A stretch of DNA of 64,000 bases from Candidatus Hadarchaeota archaeon. Its GTDB lineage: Archaea > Hadarchaeota > Hadarchaeia > Hadarchaeales > JAGGTB01. The notes below the pieces were generated by a model. The model did not search any database, was not told the origin of the DNA, and saw nothing but the letters and a program-made list of their open reading frames with translations. Positions 21,107 through 30,252 of the stretch are shown in pieces. A program made the translations under genes and the position numbers. The stretch covers positions 64,001 to 128,000 of the forward strand of contig CAYLJV010000003.1 in assembly GCA_964384105.1 (NCBI GenBank). Reading direction: 5' to 3'. How positions within the stretch are numbered: position 1 is the stretch's first letter; every line of letters starts with the position of its first letter.

Positions 21107-21173
21107 TTCCCTTTGTTTTGTGACAACCAAAGTTCTGGCGTAAGTTGTTTAAATCATATTCATATAACTCCAT

Positions 21174-22280
21174 GTGGTGAAAAATATGAAAACTACAGTT
21201 AGTGTAATCAAAGCGGATGTAGGTAGTCTACCAGGACACGTTGTTGTTCCAAAGGAGATGCTGGATATATGTGAAGACGATCTTTCAGGGGCCAAAGAAG
21301 AGGGCGTTATAAAAAGCTACCATGTGACAAATTGCGGTGACGACATTAATCTTATCATGGCTCATGATAAGGGCGTAGATAACGAAAAAATCCATCAATT
21401 GGCGTGGGATACGTTCATGGAAGCAGGAGATTACGCAAAAGAACACGGGTTTTATGGAGCTAAACAGGACCTTTTGAAAGAAGCTTTTTCAGGAAATGTT
21501 AAAGGAATGGGCCCGGGAGTTGCCGAATTCGAAATTGAAGAAAGGCCGAGTGAACCAATAATCGTTTGGGCATGTGATAAAACTGCCCCAAGTGCGTTTA
21601 ACCTCCCGATTTTCAAGATGTTTGGCAGTCCTTTCAATACAGCTGGTCTCATCATAGATACAAAAATGCATGATGGATACAAGTTTGAAATCCACGATAT
21701 CAAGAAAGGCAAGAAAATTATGCTCAGTAGTCCCGAAGAGATGCATGACATACTCTCGCTGATTGGCCTTGTAAATAGGTATGTGATTAAGAGAGTTTAT
21801 AGAAAGACTGGAGAAGTAGCTGCTTCCATTAGTACTGAGAAACTAAGTATGATTGCAGGAGAGTACGTTGGAAAGGATGATCCAGTTGCTATCACACGTG
21901 CACAGTCTGGGTATCCTGCAGTTGGAGAAGAACTCGAAGCTTTTGCTTTCCCACATCTTGTACCTGGATGGATGAGAGGTTCTCACCAGGGTCCGTTGAT
22001 GCCGGTTTCTCGGAAAAACGCTAGACCGACTCGATTCGATGGTCCTCCGAGGATAATTGCTCTTGGATTCCAGCTAAAGAATGGAATTCTTCAGGGTCCA
22101 GTAGATCTATTTGACGATCCGTCTTTCGACGAAGCTCGGAAGAAAGCTGGAGAAATTGCAGAGTATATGCGTAGACACGGACCGTTCCAGCCGCATCTGC
22201 TACCAGAGGAAGAGTTAGAATACACGACGATAACAGATGTAATAGACAATCTGGAAAATCGCTTTGAATCAATAGAGTGA
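21174..22280 (+). CDS. fbp: bifunctional fructose-1,6-bisphosphate aldolase/phosphatase (class V)
   Basis: SVIKADVG, FSGNVKGMGPG, YVGKDDP, GWMRGSH, RFDGPPR. Confidence 0.96.
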   Translation: MVKNMKTTVSVIKADVGSLPGHVVVPKEMLDICEDDLSGAKEEGVIKSYHVTNCGDDINLIMAHDKGVDNEKIHQLAWDTFMEAGDYAKEHGFYGAKQDLLKEAFSGNVKGMGPGVAEFEIEERPSEPIIVWACDKTAPSAFNLPIFKMFGSPFNTAGLIIDTKMHDGYKFEIHDIKKGKKIMLSSPEEMHDILSLIGLVNRYVIKRVYRKTGEVAASISTEKLSMIAGEYVGKDDPVAITRAQSGYPAVGEELEAFAFPHLVPGWMRGSHQGPLMPVSRKNARPTRFDGPPRIIALGFQLKNGILQGPVDLFDDPSFDEARKKAGEIAEYMRRHGPFQPHLLPEEELEYTTITDVIDNLENRFESIE

Positions 22281-22281
22281 G

Positions 22282-22335
22282 TTGGGAATTTTCTGAACAG
22301 AAGATAGCGGAAAATTTCCCAATCTTTTTATTTTA
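22282..22335 (+). terminator. inverted repeat plus T-rich tract after fbp
   Basis: TTGGGAATTTTC...GAAAATTTCCCAA followed by CTTTTTATTTT. Confidence 0.5.
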
Positions 22336-22484
22336 TTTTGACTTGATTTAATTGACAAATTGAGAAGGAGATTAATCTGAGTAAAATATCAAGAGTTTTG
22401 AAGGTATACGAATGGTTTTATAAGGGAATTCGTTCTAAAAGTCTCAATACCCTTATTAGGGATTTACTGTAAGATTAGGTAAGA

Positions 22485-23009
22485 ATGGGGACAAGAATGC
22501 CAGAAGAAGAAAAACCGAAGGAAGAAGGCCAAAAACTGAAAGGTATTGTGCGGTTAGCGGGCAGAGACCTAAAGGGAAGTAGGCGTATCCAGTCTGCTAT
22601 AAGTGGCTTGAAAGGTATCGGCTCATCTATGGCCAAAGCAATGGTTTATTCGGCGGGGATAGACGGAACTCAAAAAGTTGGTTCTTTGAGTGATGAGCAA
22701 ATTAAAAGTCTGGAAAAAGTTTTTGATGATCCCGTCAAATATGGAATCCCAAAATATATGCTTAATAGACGTAAGGATTTTGAAACTGGTGAAGATCTGC
22801 ACCTTCTTGGCGGTGATATCGAGATGGCTGAGAGGGAAGATATATCGAGAGAGAAGGATATTCAGAGTAGAAGGGGAATCCGCCATCAAAGAGGTCTTCC
22901 GGTGAGGGGGCAGCGCACTAGGTCTACAGGTAGAAAAGGTATGACCGTGGGTGTACAAAGAGAAAAATTGAAGAAGAAAAAGAAAAAGGAAAAGAAGGAA
23001 AAGAGTTGA
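22485..23009 (+). CDS. rps13: 30S ribosomal protein S13 (uS13)
   Basis: LNRRKD, RGIRH.RGLPVRGQRTRSTGR. Confidence 0.97.
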   Translation: MGTRMPEEEKPKEEGQKLKGIVRLAGRDLKGSRRIQSAISGLKGIGSSMAKAMVYSAGIDGTQKVGSLSDEQIKSLEKVFDDPVKYGIPKYMLNRRKDFETGEDLHLLGGDIEMAEREDISREKDIQSRRGIRHQRGLPVRGQRTRSTGRKGMTVGVQREKLKKKKKKEKKEKS

Positions 23010-23015
23010 TGATTC

Positions 23016-23561
23016 ATGGGAGATCCTAAAAGACAAAGAAAGCAGTATGCGACACCCCTTAGGCCTTGGGATAGAGAGCGCATAATAAAGGAAGCAGATT
23101 TGACCAGAAAATATGGATTAAAGTCCAAGAATGAAGTTTGGAAAACTGAGACTATTCTTCGAGATTTCCGAAGGGAGGCGAGAAAGTTGATGGCTGAAAC
23201 GGGGGAACAAGCAGATAAGGAGGCTAAACAGTTGCTTTCCAAGTTACAGAATTTGAAATTGGTTGGAAAAGATTCTTCTATAGTTGATGTTCTTAAGTTA
23301 GGTATTGAAGATGTTCTTGATAGGCGTCTTCAATCAGTTGTTTATAAGAAAGGTCTTGCCAAGACTGCAACACAGGCAAGGCAGTTCATTGTTCATGGAC
23401 ATATAGTTGTTGGTGACAGATGTGTCACTGAGCCAGGTTATCTGGTGTCTGGTGATGAAGAGCAGGAGGTTGCTCATCATCCGTCATCTTCTTACAAAGA
23501 AATTATCAAACCAGAGGAAGTAAAGTCCAATAGACCAGCGGCTACTACGGAGGAGAAATAA
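23016..23561 (+). CDS. rps4: 30S ribosomal protein S4 (uS4)
   Basis: MGDPK, YGLK, RRLQ...[11 protein letters not shown]. Confidence 0.97.
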   Translation: MGDPKRQRKQYATPLRPWDRERIIKEADLTRKYGLKSKNEVWKTETILRDFRREARKLMAETGEQADKEAKQLLSKLQNLKLVGKDSSIVDVLKLGIEDVLDRRLQSVVYKKGLAKTATQARQFIVHGHIVVGDRCVTEPGYLVSGDEEQEVAHHPSSSYKEIIKPEEVKSNRPAATTEEK

Positions 23562-23562
23562 T

Positions 23563-23994
23563 ATGGCGAGAAGAGGCAGAAGCAGAAGTAAAGGAAGAAA
23601 GAAAAAGGAAGGAGAAAAATGGGGCGTGGCCCATATATACGCTTCTTTCAATAATACGATAATTCATGTAACTGATTTGACCGGTGCCGAAACAGTCGCT
23701 CGTTATTCTGGTGGCATGGTTGTCAAGAGTGATAGAGAGGAGTCTTCACCATATGCTGCGATGAAAGCGGCTGGCTTCGTGGCTGAAGAGGTAAAAGATA
23801 AAGGCTTCACCGGTGTACATATAAAGGTACGTGCTCCGGGCGGAAGCGGGTCGAAGAGTCCAGGTCCGGGTGCCCAGGCTTCGATTAGGGCCTTGGCGAG
23901 AGCCGGACTACAGATCGGAAAAATAGAGGATGTTACCCCAATACCTCACGACGGAACTAGAAAGAAAGGTGGGAGAAGGGGAAGACGAGTATAA
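23563..23994 (+). CDS. rps11: 30S ribosomal protein S11 (uS11)
   Basis: [26 protein letters not shown]. Confidence 0.98.
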   Translation: MARRGRSRSKGRKKKEGEKWGVAHIYASFNNTIIHVTDLTGAETVARYSGGMVVKSDREESSPYAAMKAAGFVAEEVKDKGFTGVHIKVRAPGGSGSKSPGPGAQASIRALARAGLQIGKIEDVTPIPHDGTRKKGGRRGRRV

Positions 23995-24012
23995 GAATCA
24001 GGTGTTAATAAA

Positions 24013-24816
24013 ATGGAAATTGAATTGAGAAAGTTTGATGATGAAAATCTAGAATTCGTGATTTCGGGAACTAATCCCGCCTTCGTTAACTCTATTAGAC
24101 GAACTATTCTTCAGAAGGTACCTGTTATGGCAATAGATGAAGTTGAAGTTATGGTTAATGATACAATAATGGGAGACGAAGTAATAGCTCATCGTCTTGG
24201 TCAGATTCCGTTAAACACTCCCGATGGATATTTGCTCCCTTCCGAATGTGACTGCAGAAAGGGTAGATGTCCTAACTGTAGTGTTGATCTCGATCTTGAA
24301 CTGGTTGAGGGCCCCGCTGTGGTTCGAGCAAGCGATTTAGACCCATCAGATTCAGAGGTTTTTCCCGTTCAAGGTGAAACTCCTATTGTTCGACTCGGTG
24401 AAGAACAAAGGATAAAACTTACAGGGATTGCTAGACTAGGATTCGGTAAGGACCATGCTAATTGGCAGCCTGCTGTTGCTTCATACAAGTACATGCCTAT
24501 TATCAACATAAACCAAGACGCTCGCGAGGAGTGGGAGGAGTGCGCTGAGGTCTGTCCAACGGATGTATTTGAGGTTGAAGATGGAGAACTGACAATTGTA
24601 AATCTTGAGGAGTGCACTTTATGCAACGCCTGTGTGGAGGCATGCCCTGGCGCTATCGAGGTCAAGGGAGATTCAACGAAGTTTATTTTCAGAGTAGAAT
24701 CCACGGGAGCTATGTCTTCTGAGAGAATTCTGAGAAAGTCTCTCGAAATAATGAAGGCTAAATGTAGCGAGTTCAACGAAAAGCTAGATGAATTAAAGAA
24801 GTTCGGAGAATTGTAA
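24013..24816 (+). CDS. rpoD: DNA-directed RNA polymerase subunit D (Rpo3) with Fe-S ferredoxin insert
   Basis: NSIRR, AHRLGQIP, GKDHANW, CAEVCP and CTLCNACVEAC. Confidence 0.96.
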   Translation: MEIELRKFDDENLEFVISGTNPAFVNSIRRTILQKVPVMAIDEVEVMVNDTIMGDEVIAHRLGQIPLNTPDGYLLPSECDCRKGRCPNCSVDLDLELVEGPAVVRASDLDPSDSEVFPVQGETPIVRLGEEQRIKLTGIARLGFGKDHANWQPAVASYKYMPIININQDAREEWEECAEVCPTDVFEVEDGELTIVNLEECTLCNACVEACPGAIEVKGDSTKFIFRVESTGAMSSERILRKSLEIMKAKCSEFNEKLDELKKFGEL

Positions 24817-24831
24817 ATTTTTGATAGGATT

Positions 24832-25896
24832 CTAGATCCATTCTTTTCTTCTGAAGTAGATTACCATCCCAATAACGACCATAAACATTACTATTAATAT
24901 CGTAGGATATGCCCAGCTTACCTCGAGTTCAGGCATAAATTCGAAGTTCATCCCGTAAACTCCTGCTATGAACGTTAGGGGGATGAATATTGTGGCTATA
25001 ATGGTTAATACTTTCATAACTTCATTCATTCTGTTACTGATACTTGAAAGATAAATATCCAATAAGCCGGAGAGCATTTCTCTTTGGGCCTCTAGAGTAT
25101 CTACAGCTTGTATTGTGTGATCGTAGATATCTCTGAAATATATGAGATTCTTTTTCTTTATTAAGGAAACCTCTCCCCTTTCTAGCCTCCTTATCGCTTC
25201 TCTTAGAGTCCAAAAGGATTTACGAAGAGATATGAGTTCTCTTTTAAGATTTTGTATATTTTGTAGAGTTCTAGTTGTGGGATTTACTAGGACCTTTTCT
25301 TCCAAATCTTCTATTTCTTCACCAATATTTTCTAGGATTATGTAGTAGTTGTCCACGATTGCGTCTATTAGAGCATAAGCTAGATAATCACTACCCTCCT
25401 TTCTTATTTTTCCTTTACCGCCTCGAATTCGGTCTCTAATAGGATCAAAAACGTCTCCTTCTTTTTCTTGAAAAGAAATGACGTAATTTTCTCCGAGAAT
25501 TAGGCTTATTTGTTCCTTTTCAATTTCTTTGCCACTTTCCTCATAATAGAACATTTTTAAAACGGCAAATACATGATTTTCAAAATCTTCTATTTTTTGC
25601 CTTTGTTGAGTGTTCAGAATATCCTCAAGTAGAAGGGGATGTAAGTCAAAATTTTTTCCTATTTTTTCTATTATTTCGACCTTATGTATACCGTCTATAT
25701 TTATCCAAGTGACTGTAGGTTTTTCTTTGAATGGGAAACATTCTTCCACTTTTTCGACTTTTTTTTCTTGATATTGTTTCTCGTCGTAATCTAAAATTGT
25801 TATAGTAGGTTCTTCTTTTTTTTCTTCTCCAGTGTAAATAAGAGTTCCAGGGGGTAGACCTGCTTCCTTATGTCTTTTTTCGGGAGAATTAGACAT
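24832..25896 (-). CDS. corA: magnesium/cobalt transporter CorA
   Basis: GLPPGTL, YGMNF..MPEL signature. Confidence 0.96.
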   Translation of the reverse strand: MSNSPEKRHKEAGLPPGTLIYTGEEKKEEPTITILDYDEKQYQEKKVEKVEECFPFKEKPTVTWINIDGIHKVEIIEKIGKNFDLHPLLLEDILNTQQRQKIEDFENHVFAVLKMFYYEESGKEIEKEQISLILGENYVISFQEKEGDVFDPIRDRIRGGKGKIRKEGSDYLAYALIDAIVDNYYIILENIGEEIEDLEEKVLVNPTTRTLQNIQNLKRELISLRKSFWTLREAIRRLERGEVSLIKKKNLIYFRDIYDHTIQAVDTLEAQREMLSGLLDIYLSSISNRMNEVMKVLTIIATIFIPLTFIAGVYGMNFEFMPELEVSWAYPTILIVMFMVVIGMVIYFRRKEWI

Positions 25897-26017
25897 TCTA
25901 GTGGTATTTTTTGTCGAATCTCAGTAATTAATGTTTTGAACATTTTATACAGTTCCTCTCTATCTTCTTTTAAGAAGCCGTATTCTTTTTTAGAGTTTAG
26001 TTTTAAACCGTCTGTGT

Positions 26018-26803
26018 ATGCTGAGTGAAAAAGATCTGGTTCTCGAGCTCGAAGATGTCTCGAGAATAGTTGATAATAATCTAGTAATAGACGATATATC
26101 GTGGAAAATCAAAAAAGGTGAGCACTGGGCTATGCTTGGAGCTAATGGGGCGGGCAAAACTACCTTAATGAAAATAATCTCCGGTTATCTCTGGCCTACG
26201 AAAGGGAAAGTTAAGGTTCTTGGAGAAAGATTTGGTAAGGTAGATCTTAGGGAACTCAGAAAGAATATTGGATATGTAAATTCTGTTCTCTTAAATGAAA
26301 TCCCGTGGAATGATTCTGTTTTAAAGGTCGTACTTTCAGGTAGATTCGGTAGTATCGGCCTTTACGAGGAACCAACGAAAAAGAATTTGGGTAAAGCGGA
26401 GGACCTTCTCGAATTTATGGGGTGTCTCGATTTGAAGAAAAGGCAGTTTGGCAAATTGTCTCAGGGAGAACAGCAGAAGGTACTGATAGCTAGGGCATTA
26501 ATGTCTAAGCCGGGGATCCTCATCATGGATGAACCGGCTATAGGATTGGATCCAGCTGCTAGGGAAAGGTTCCTGAAACGGGTCGAAAAAACTGCTATAA
26601 TGGAGGGCGGCCCTACGCTAATATATATAACTCATCATATAGAGGAGATAATACCTATTTTTAAGAAAGCGATAATTTTGAAGGATGGGAGAATATTAGC
26701 AAAAGGGCGTAAAGAGAGGATTTTAACAGATAGTATTCTAGAGAAAGCCTTTGATATGAGACTCAAGGTTATCGAGAATGACGGAAGATACGTTATTAGT
26801 TAG
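26018..26803 (+). CDS. ABC transporter ATP-binding protein (ModF/YlmA-like)
   Basis: GANGAGKT, LSQGE, MDEP, ITHH. Confidence 0.88.
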   Translation: MLSEKDLVLELEDVSRIVDNNLVIDDISWKIKKGEHWAMLGANGAGKTTLMKIISGYLWPTKGKVKVLGERFGKVDLRELRKNIGYVNSVLLNEIPWNDSVLKVVLSGRFGSIGLYEEPTKKNLGKAEDLLEFMGCLDLKKRQFGKLSQGEQQKVLIARALMSKPGILIMDEPAIGLDPAARERFLKRVEKTAIMEGGPTLIYITHHIEEIIPIFKKAIILKDGRILAKGRKERILTDSILEKAFDMRLKVIENDGRYVIS

Positions 26804-26880
26804 TTTACATTCGAATTTTTCAAATAGGATAGCTTTTTGAGTATGGATAGATATTGTTGTGGAATTGAGAAGTGATCTAA

Positions 26881-27516
26881 ATGAAACCTAGAGTTATTTC
26901 CTTTGATGTTGACGGGACTTTGGTAAAGAAAACACTAGCCGATAGGTTTTGGTTTGTGGAGGTTCCGAGGCTCTATATCAAATATAATCATCTGGGTTTT
27001 GATGAAGCGGTCGAATTTTTGAAGAGAAATTACGATGAGGTGGGAGATAGAGACATTAGATGGTATTTGCCCAAGTATTGGTTTGATAGGTTTGGATTTG
27101 AAGAGAAACCTACAGAGATCCTGAAGAATATTAGTGACGAAGTAGAATTTTTTCAGGACGCATTAGATGTTCTATCTTCTCTGGATTCGGATTATGACTT
27201 AATAGTTATTTCAAATGCCCCTGAAGAGTTTCTAAATGTTCAGTTAAAGGATGTTGAAAACTACTTCTCCAAAATTTATTCCTGCGTTTCTGATTTAGGT
27301 CAAGTTAAAAAAGATGCCAGGGTTTATGAGAAGATCTGCGCTGACTATGGGGTTGCTCCTGAGGATGTAGTTCACGTGGGAGATGATTGGGACTTTGATT
27401 ATAGATCTCCTCAAAAGATAGGAGTAAATACTTTCTTGATAGATCGGGACGGTAAATTTGATCGAAAAAATGGTGTTCTCAGAGATCTAAGAGATATGTT
27501 AGATATTATTAATTAG
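26881..27516 (+). CDS. HAD-family hydrolase
   Basis: FDVDGTL, ISN, HVGDD. Confidence 0.9.
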   Translation: MKPRVISFDVDGTLVKKTLADRFWFVEVPRLYIKYNHLGFDEAVEFLKRNYDEVGDRDIRWYLPKYWFDRFGFEEKPTEILKNISDEVEFFQDALDVLSSLDSDYDLIVISNAPEEFLNVQLKDVENYFSKIYSCVSDLGQVKKDARVYEKICADYGVAPEDVVHVGDDWDFDYRSPQKIGVNTFLIDRDGKFDRKNGVLRDLRDMLDIIN

Positions 27517-27588
27517 ATTCCCCGATTTATATTTGGAATAGGATATGAGTCAAGGTAATAAAGTTATCACGTTTTTCGGGGGTTTATA

Positions 27589-28071
27589 GTGCCAGAGAAA
27601 AGTAAACTGAAAAGAGTTTTAGTTCCGTATTCGGGTATGGGCCTTCCGGTTAATGCTTTGACAAAGGCTATTGAGAGTTTGGATGAGAAGGGGGAATTGT
27701 TTCTACTTCATGTTATTGATGAGGCTCCGGTGGTGGATTTGAGCTATCAGACGGGACAATCTGAATATAGTGAACTTATAAAAATATTTAGAGAGACTCA
27801 GAGAAAGGTTCAAAAAAATTATGCCAGAGAGGTCTCAAAGGAAATTAAAAAGGAAGGTTCAAAACACAAAATCACTGTGACACCACTTTATGCAATTGGT
27901 GATCCGGCGGAAGAGGTTTTGAAGATCGTAAGCGAATATTCCATCCAGCTTGTTGTTATTGAAAAGTTGAGGGATAGAATAGTTGAGATTTTCCACGGTG
28001 ATGAGATAAACTATTTGTGCGAAAGAGCTCCTTGCGAGGTCTTGCGTGTACCCGGTCGAAAAAAGGATTGA
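27589..28071 (+). CDS. universal stress protein (UspA family)
   Basis: VLVPY, LLHVID, GDPAEEVL, RAPCEVL. Confidence 0.85.
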   Translation: MPEKSKLKRVLVPYSGMGLPVNALTKAIESLDEKGELFLLHVIDEAPVVDLSYQTGQSEYSELIKIFRETQRKVQKNYAREVSKEIKKEGSKHKITVTPLYAIGDPAEEVLKIVSEYSIQLVVIEKLRDRIVEIFHGDEINYLCERAPCEVLRVPGRKKD

Positions 28072-28148
28072 TTTTTTGGTCTAGAATAAGACCTTTTCGA
28101 TTCTTAACTGTTATATATCATTTATAAGAGTAGTATAATGGGGTTTTA

Positions 28149-28499
28149 TTGGCAATAAACTTGGATGAAGCAATATTAAATATTGTATTGAGTATCATCA
28201 TAGTATCCCCCGTTTTATGGATTTCGGGCCGTGCTTTGGTAGGTAAGAGAAGAGCGACTTTCGTTGATGCGATTTGGATCGTAGTATTGGGGACGATTAT
28301 AGGATCGATTATTGGCTACATCTTTGCAGGTGTTATCGCTTCTATTATCGTGCTTATTGTCTGGCTTGGGTTAGTCAAGCATTTTTTTGAGTGCGGATGG
28401 CTCAAGGCCCTGGCGATTTCGATATTGGCCGTGATTATATTCGTAGTGATTGCAGTAGTCCTGAGTATAATTGGCTTTGGTTTATGGGTCTGGATATAA
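28149..28499 (+). CDS. small 4-TM membrane protein
   Basis: Hydrophobic 116-aa ORF with GWLKAL motif. Confidence 0.7.
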   Translation: MAINLDEAILNIVLSIIIVSPVLWISGRALVGKRRATFVDAIWIVVLGTIIGSIIGYIFAGVIASIIVLIVWLGLVKHFFECGWLKALAISILAVIIFVVIAVVLSIIGFGLWVWI

Positions 28500-28609
28500 C
28501 ATAGTTAATTTTGAGAGAATACCGAAGAAAAAGCCCATTACTTAGAAATAATGAGGATATTTTAGGAAATATTGCTTCTAATTGGATAACCTTTTTGAAT
28601 GATGAGTAG

Positions 28610-28774
28610 ATGAAGGGAAAACGGATGGTAGTCTTGTCACTTTTTATTAAGAAACCAATCAAGAAGAAGTTCAAATGCGAGTGCGGCGAAATCGTTTGTA
28701 TAGTGGATTCTGACGAACCACAGGAATACTGTCCCATATGTGGCAAAAAACTTTCAGATAACGGTAGCTGCTGA
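28610..28774 (+). CDS. 54-aa Zn-ribbon micro-protein (not in ORF track)
   Basis: ...KKFKCECGEIVCIVDSDEPQEYCPICGKKL... Confidence 0.65.
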   Translation: MKGKRMVVLSLFIKKPIKKKFKCECGEIVCIVDSDEPQEYCPICGKKLSDNGSC

Positions 28775-28954
28775 AATTCGCAGGTATTTTTCTTTTAGAG
28801 GTTAGATCCTGTCTTTTAGCTAGTTGTATTATTTGGAAGTCGGATTTTGGCAATTAGGCAGTACTATGTGGTTTATCTGGAGTTTTACGAAGTTTGGTGT
28901 AACTAATCGAAATTTATTTTCTCTTCCAATTCAAAATAGAAACATTTTATTGAT

Positions 28955-30163
28955 TTGGAAATAACTTTTTACCACATGCAGGATGTTTACGATAAGCCAA
29001 TAGCTGTTCTAGGAGGTGGAGCTGGTGGTCAGACAATGGCTGCAGATATCTCTTTGGCAGGTAATAGAGTTAGACTATATGAACTTCCTGAGTTTGAAGG
29101 AAGGATAAAAGAAGTTATGAAGAGTCAGAAAATCGAGATTGTTGGAGACGAAGCAAATGCCAAAAATTTTAGGAGAAATGGAGTAGCTGAAGTAGATTTG
29201 ATAACGTCTGATATGAGCGAAGCACTAGAGAATGTCGGATTGATAAATGTTGTTGTCCCCGCTCTTGGTCACGAGAAATTCTTTGATAAGATGATTCCTT
29301 ATCTGGAGGATGGACAGTTTATAAACATATTTCCGGATAATTATGGATCTTTGCTTTTGAAACACAAATTGGTTGAAGACGATATTGATGTTGATGTAAT
29401 AATCGGAGGGTGGTCCTCTTTACCCTATGCGACTCGGTCGAGGGGTATGGAGCCGGGGAGAGTCAATCTGGCGAATAGGACTGTTGAGCTCAGGGGGGAT
29501 ACTTTACCCAGCGAGGATTGGGGGAAGTTCCTTAAAATAATGAAGAATTTTCCGCCGTTGGATCCTACTAAGATCAAGAAAGGTGACACTGTACTCGATA
29601 TCGGGTTCAGCAATCCAAATCCCGCAGTTCATGTTCCAGGGTCTGTTCTCAATGTGGGACATATGGAGAATTATGGTAAGCCGGAGAAGATATACGGCGA
29701 CGAAGAATCAGATTATAGTCTTTACATACAGGGTACTTCCCCTTCCGTTTCGAAGTTAATGTGGGAGTTTTATAGGGAAGAGCGCAAAATTGCTGAAGCT
29801 ATCGGAATAGAAATCGAGGAGTGGAGGGAGGAGGACTTCATGTCTAAATCTAATATAATGTTAAAGCACTATATGGGAAGAGAATTCGAGATTCCTTTTG
29901 AGGACCGCGATTGGAGCTGGGTAGTGGGACCTCAAACTGTAGAGGATCGATACTTTATGGAGGATATAGCAGTTGGCACAAATATCTACTACGAACTTGC
30001 AGAGAATTTTGGTGTTTCGGCCCCTCTGATCGAGTCATTTATTAGAATTGGCTCTGCCATCTGCGGTCATGATTTTATGGAGGAGGGTAGATCTTTGAGT
30101 GATTTGGGTATTTCGAGTATGTCCAGAGAGCAACTTTTGAAGTATTTGAGAGAAGGAATCTAA
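28955..30163 (+). CDS. NAD(P)-dependent opine/octopine dehydrogenase family protein
   Basis: IAVLGGGAGG, N.NP.VH, RYFMEDI, GRSL..LG. Confidence 0.85.
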   Translation: MEITFYHMQDVYDKPIAVLGGGAGGQTMAADISLAGNRVRLYELPEFEGRIKEVMKSQKIEIVGDEANAKNFRRNGVAEVDLITSDMSEALENVGLINVVVPALGHEKFFDKMIPYLEDGQFINIFPDNYGSLLLKHKLVEDDIDVDVIIGGWSSLPYATRSRGMEPGRVNLANRTVELRGDTLPSEDWGKFLKIMKNFPPLDPTKIKKGDTVLDIGFSNPNPAVHVPGSVLNVGHMENYGKPEKIYGDEESDYSLYIQGTSPSVSKLMWEFYREERKIAEAIGIEIEEWREEDFMSKSNIMLKHYMGREFEIPFEDRDWSWVVGPQTVEDRYFMEDIAVGTNIYYELAENFGVSAPLIESFIRIGSAICGHDFMEEGRSLSDLGISSMSREQLLKYLREGI

Positions 30164-30252
30164 TTATTTATTTAGTCAGTTCTCTTACTGACTCTTGGTT
30201 AGCTTGGAGAAATTTTTTGCATGATTAGTCATAATAGTTTTCTAAGAAGTTT